DNA of 62,900 nucleotides, filler included, from Albugo candida (taxonomy: Eukaryota): NCBI GenBank assembly GCA_040437565.1. It is 49 parts of 49 records of this genome, joined end to end, with 100 filler letters (N's around TTAATTAATTAA, not from the genome) between each part and the next. Parts side by side here need not be neighbours in the genome. Positions count along the whole stretch, not along the records: positions 58,007 to 59,157 come from JBDOQK010000647.1; positions 59,258 to 60,406 come from JBDOQK010000648.1; positions 60,507 to 61,655 come from JBDOQK010000649.1; positions 61,756 to 62,900 come from JBDOQK010000650.1; 45 more parts are not named here. The stretch is one strand, 5' to 3'. The translations under genes were made by a program, and so were the position numbers. Positions 58,007 to 62,900 of the stretch are shown piece after piece. The stretch's first letter is position 1. Every line of letters begins with the position of its first letter. The notes beneath the pieces are model-generated. The model searched no databases. It was not told the DNA's origin and was given only the letters and a program-made list of their open reading frames with translations.

Positions 58007-58327
58007 AACTTCGCGTTCACGCGGGCCTACGTGGCCGACGCCGGTGGATCGAGTGCCGGCCTGGGCGGACCCCGCATGTTCGTGGACACCGCGCTCTTCG
58101 CCGGCGGGAAGACGCCGCCGTGGGTTACGGCCGGTCCGCTGATCCCCTTCCAGGAGCCGAGACTGGGCCTCCAGTGCACCTTCGCTCCGGTGACAGGCCT
58201 GGAGGCACCCGGACGAGGCGAGGGCCTAAGCATTCCGGGTTTAAGAGACGGCCTGGAGATCGGCGAGGCCATCGCGCCCACGCTGTCATTGCGTAAGCTG
58301 ATCAAGGCCGCCCGCGAAACGTCCTGA
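58007..58327 (+). CDS. C-terminus of a GC-rich bacterial hypothetical protein
   Basis: Open from the contig edge with GC3-rich codons; convergent with the PLD gene. Confidence 0.55.
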   Translation, partial: NFAFTRAYVADAGGSSAGLGGPRMFVDTALFAGGKTPPWVTAGPLIPFQEPRLGLQCTFAPVTGLEAPGRGEGLSIPGLRDGLEIGEAIAPTLSLRKLIKAARETS

Positions 58328-58500
58328 CGGTTGAGTGGCGGTACCGTGTCGGACCGCCCGGCCGCCTGTAGTCCAGACAGGCGCACGATCCGTTGGACCG
58401 GTCCGGCGTCAGCCGCCGCCTATACGCTTCGACAGGGCCGCGGCCCGCTTCGCGACGCCGATGCGCGGATTAATCTCGAGTGGCTGCCGGTATCGATGCA

Positions 58501-59157
58501 TCACTGCGTCAGGAGGGCTTCGAACTTGGCCATCAGCGCGTCGGCGAGGCCCGGACCACGAAGGTGTAAGCCGATCTCGTCTAGCCGATTGTTGGAATGG
58601 CCAGACTGCGATCCCCAATTCATGCTGCTGATGACGATATCGTCGGTATCCCACGCGAGAAACTTGGCATGGAGCTGTGGCAAGCGCATGGGAAGAACTT
58701 CAACGATGTTGTGTAATCGTTCACGTTGTGCGACGACGTGGCGTCGTTTCGTCGGCCCGGTGTAACGTGAGTAATAGACCCGTGCGTCCGCGATGCGGCG
58801 CCCGGCCACCTCGGCCGGATTGAATACGCCTGGTTTCATCGGAGCCCCGAGCTTATTCGTACAACAGACAAACCGGTGCGTGGCCTCATGAGCCGCGGTG
58901 CGGAGCAGCTGCTCATGTTCGTCCGCATAGACAAGCGTCAACTCAGCTTGCGAAACCGCGTCCGTCTGAGCCGACGGTGCCGAAAAAGATCGGCTTCGAC
59001 GCAGATCGGATGCCATGAAATACAGCGTCTCGGTCGCCCGTGAGGCGCTTGAGAGACTCGACACGATCGAGCGCAGGACGTCCAGGCCAATAGCGGCTCC
59101 GATCGCATCGTTGAGCTCGATCGACATTTCGACCGATGAGAAGGGGGATTGAAGCCA
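58501..59157 (-). CDS. Bacterial phospholipase-D-superfamily (HKD) protein, C-terminal part
   Basis: LHAKFLAWD...ISSMNW...EIG. The frame extends to the contig edge as WLQSPFSSVEMSIEL, resembling the end of a first HKD domain. Confidence 0.82.
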   Translation of the reverse strand, partial: WLQSPFSSVEMSIELNDAIGAAIGLDVLRSIVSSLSSASRATETLYFMASDLRRSRSFSAPSAQTDAVSQAELTLVYADEHEQLLRTAAHEATHRFVCCTNKLGAPMKPGVFNPAEVAGRRIADARVYYSRYTGPTKRRHVVAQRERLHNIVEVLPMRLPQLHAKFLAWDTDDIVISSMNWGSQSGHSNNRLDEIGLHLRGPGLADALMAKFEALLTQ

Positions 59158-59257
59158 NNNNNNNNNNNNNNNNNNNNNNNNNNNNNNNNNNNNNNNNNNN
59201 NTTAATTAATTAANNNNNNNNNNNNNNNNNNNNNNNNNNNNNNNNNNNNNNNNNNNN

Positions 59258-59618
59258 AAATTCCACTGAGAATTGCTACATCACACCCGTTTTTGAAGAA
59301 TATAATTTTTTTTTATTTGCTTTGGTTTGCTTGAATTTTTAAATAGATATTTTGTAACCTTTAGAAGCTTTTTGAATTTGGTAATTGCAAAAGAAAAAAT
59401 TCTCCTCGTTTTTACTCCATGTATTTTCCAGCCTTTTTAAAACTACAATCAATATACCTCACAGTTGTTGTTGTAATAAGACTCGATTGAGTTTAATCTA
59501 ATTCTTCTGCTTCTTCTTTGCGTATACTATCTCTATACTTTAAGTTGAAATAAAAGTATGTTGTCTATCTATGTATAAAATGTGGGCAGCCATCTAGCTA
59601 TTATCTATTATTTAAAAG
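59258..59618 (+). repeat. 361-bp exact overlap with 34786-35146
   Basis: Direct sequence identity between the two contig ends. Confidence 0.95.
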
Positions 59619-60506
59619 CAGTAGTAGTGCTACAACAGTTAACAACCGTTCTTTACTATCACAACGTGTATAATTAGAGCAATTACTACCTGTAAAAGCT
59701 TGAAATACTGTATTACAGTTGTACACAATTCATTTTTCCATACTTGTGATACAACTGGATAAACTATTAAACCACGCAGCGCCTCTGCATCATATTCCTT
59801 ATAGCTACATCATATGTATACTTTAGATTCAGAGTCATGTTTTTGAAATTGACAATTGCATGTATTTACGTAAACAATGATTTTTTCTCGTATTTGTATG
59901 TATTTCATGTTCAATGAGTTGACTAATGTATAAAAGTGGAATGCCAAATAAACTTTTTTTTGTTCGAGATTACCAAAGCATCTTGAAGAAACTTATACTT
60001 GGAACCATCTTTAACAGCTAAAGCATTACTATAGGAACATTACACCACTTGTTGTTGTTGTTGTTGTTGTTGAGTGTTCGAAATAGTAGCACTCTCTTGT
60101 AATAATAACTTGAGCTTGATTAGTTGTATTCATTTCGAAATGACAAAAAGGTCTTTTTACTTGACGACATTAACATGATGTTGAGAAACTAACAAATAGA
60201 AAAAGATTAATTATGTCATTTGAAAAAAATAGAAATGCACTTACTGCAATTCTTAATAAGAGTTGTGAGTAGTAATTTGAAATGACTACGATGGTTAATT
60301 AACTCGTTGCATTCCAATGTAAACCCAAAGAAGAAATCAAAAGTAAGAAAAAGGGAAATTTTGCTTATAAGTAGACATAGTATAAGGCCGCTTTTAATAT
60401 AATGTANNNNNNNNNNNNNNNNNNNNNNNNNNNNNNNNNNNNNNNNNNNNTTAATTAATTAANNNNNNNNNNNNNNNNNNNNNNNNNNNNNNNNNNNNNN
60501 NNNNNN

Positions 60507-60839
<333 letters not shown>

Positions 60840-62900
60840 TCAGCAGCGACAATGATTATTTTTTCAAATCAAAGTTTTTAATCTTGATATCTTGATGATA
60901 GACTTTTCTGTTTTGAAATTGACATTATTATACAAGATACTGTAGGCTAATGATAATTGACGTGCGTGGTTTTTGGATAGATAGCGCTCTTTGTATGAGT
61001 TGTAGGGTATGTGTAATATAAAGAGAGTATGTAATCCTTCAAAGCCTTGAATACACGTTTCTGTATTGGATATCAATGCTATGACTATAGTGCATATATT
61101 AAATTATATTAAGAGGATAAAAGAAAAGAAGAAGAATGAAATAAGCTCAGTTTTGGTAGTATTTGCTTAAGATATATCCTTTTCAATGATCACTTTATTA
61201 TTACATCTTGTATAGATTTGCCACTTTTTAAATAAATCAATCAAAAGTTATTACAACTTGTATACAACTACGTAACAAGCCAGTAGTGACAATAATTATC
61301 AAACCCGTAGGTGGTGGATTGAAATTCAGTTTATATGAGAATACCAGTAATATTTACATTGTGTTTAATTGTTTAATAACAATTTCTGCTAAACTTAGCT
61401 TTTTTTTACAACAATAATTGTAATATCATCATTAGTATCATGCATTACCTGTCGTGGACTCCTTTGGGCAATAAAACAAGGTGTTTTCCTCACTTTATTT
61501 TTGTCAATTAATTAATAAGCGTCATTTCATTTCAAATAGCGAATACACCCTTATTTTTTGCAACTAAAAATATAGGCTAATTACTTTTCCCTTGGTTTTT
61601 CAAACCGATGCATTAATTATATTGTTTAAAAGATAATATTACAAAATTTTATTTANNNNNNNNNNNNNNNNNNNNNNNNNNNNNNNNNNNNNNNNNNNNT
61701 TAATTAATTAANNNNNNNNNNNNNNNNNNNNNNNNNNNNNNNNNNNNNNNNNNNNCAATTTCTAGTTTTTGTAAGTGAAAAAAGTGCTGTATAGTTATAA
61801 TTTTTTCCTTGATACTACTGCTGCTACTTAGCGAGTACTGCCCAAGCCTAATGTTATAACTAAAAGTAATACCACCTTTTGTTTGTAATAGTGATTGTTA
61901 CTACATAGGTACTTTTTCCTTTAAAAAAAAGCTTTTTATTGTCAAGTGTTGTTTAAATATACAATAGCTGTTAAAAGATCTAACATTGACCATCTTCTAA
62001 TAAACCGCCTAGTTGCAAGTTATCATGCTGTTGTTACCTTAAGTAGTAGTTTACTTTTCTTTTATGTTAAACCTGTTCTATCCAACCTTGACACGGCCAT
62101 AGCCTATTGCTACCCGAAATTTTTGTAGACAGCAATTCTTTGTGATCTACTAACAAATTTTTTCATTGCCATAAAATTTAAGTTTGTGAAATGTTTTGAC
62201 TCTATCTAGCATCACTTATATAAAGCAATTCGAATGAATTTTAAGATCGTATACGACCAAAGCGACAACTTTAGAAGCTCTTGCAGCTGAGACAGATTGG
62301 ACCAATCACATCATTAAATGTTTCTAACTAGCCAATCACAGCATCAAATTTTTCTAAACTAAAATATCAGCTGAACGCTATGCTAAGATCTATGTAATCA
62401 TGATAGATTAATAAATATATCAAAAGTTCCTTCAAGCTTCTGGCGGTTATATATGGCTTAGATTAACTAGATGAATTAAACGAGATGTTTCAATATTTTG
62501 TTCATGAAGAGTTTATTAAGAAGACTAGAAGGTGATTGCAGTACTGCCCCTTTTTGGTTTCATAGTTGACCATTGATTTCATTATGATGAATACTTGTAA
62601 ACAGTGACTGATAAATTTTTTTCTAATCAATCAATTTTTTTTTATTTATCAACAACATTTTCTCTTTTTCTTTTATTTTCTTTCCTTTTCTCTAATAATC
62701 ATCAAGTCGCATACTAAATCATTTTTTTGCCATCAAAAGGTCTCTCATAAGACTGGTACTGTTAGAGGTTTTAGAGTTGTGGTCAACGTGTTCAAGAAAA
62801 GAAGTCATGGAGATCTTAAAGTTGCGGTTTACGGTTACAGAAAAAGTAGCCACGGTATAATCATACACAGCACTATATAGCTGGAATGAATGGTTTTCCT

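Overview
This window is not a contiguous locus. It is an artificial concatenation of 49 short contigs (about 1225 bp falling steadily to about 1150 bp, i.e. sorted by length). They are joined by identical 100-bp spacers (44 N + TTAATTAATTAA + 44 N, stops in all six frames), so adjacency across spacers has no biological meaning. Composition and protein character suggest at least three sources. Most contigs are from an AT-rich, short-intron fungus that looks like Mucorales. Several look oomycete (Ty3/gypsy gag and RT, an AA17-type LPMO, a tRNA-Tyr tandem repeat, ATG2 and NOP9 fragments). Two are GC-rich bacterial (a peptidase-type ABC exporter and a PLD/HKD protein). Mobile DNA dominates: Ty3/gypsy pieces, two LINE families, CACTA ends, hAT, MULE, KDZ, Pif1/Helitron, a Helentron-like helicase-endonuclease and a stand-alone Ginger-like integrase. 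The best leads are a probable Fanzor-like N-terminal/REC fragment (40349-41520), a Kex2-processed His/Trp-rich tripartite secreted precursor (18662-19213), a CRISPR-looking repeat/spacer array inside a CACTA terminus (15817-16310), a divergent AA17 LPMO (10565-11665), a clean -1 frameshift cassette (9421-9465), a possible bacterial RiPP locus edge (5295-6515) and a chimeric ATG2 gene-fragment mosaic (41621-42790). All family assignments come from motif recognition by eye; no database searches were run.
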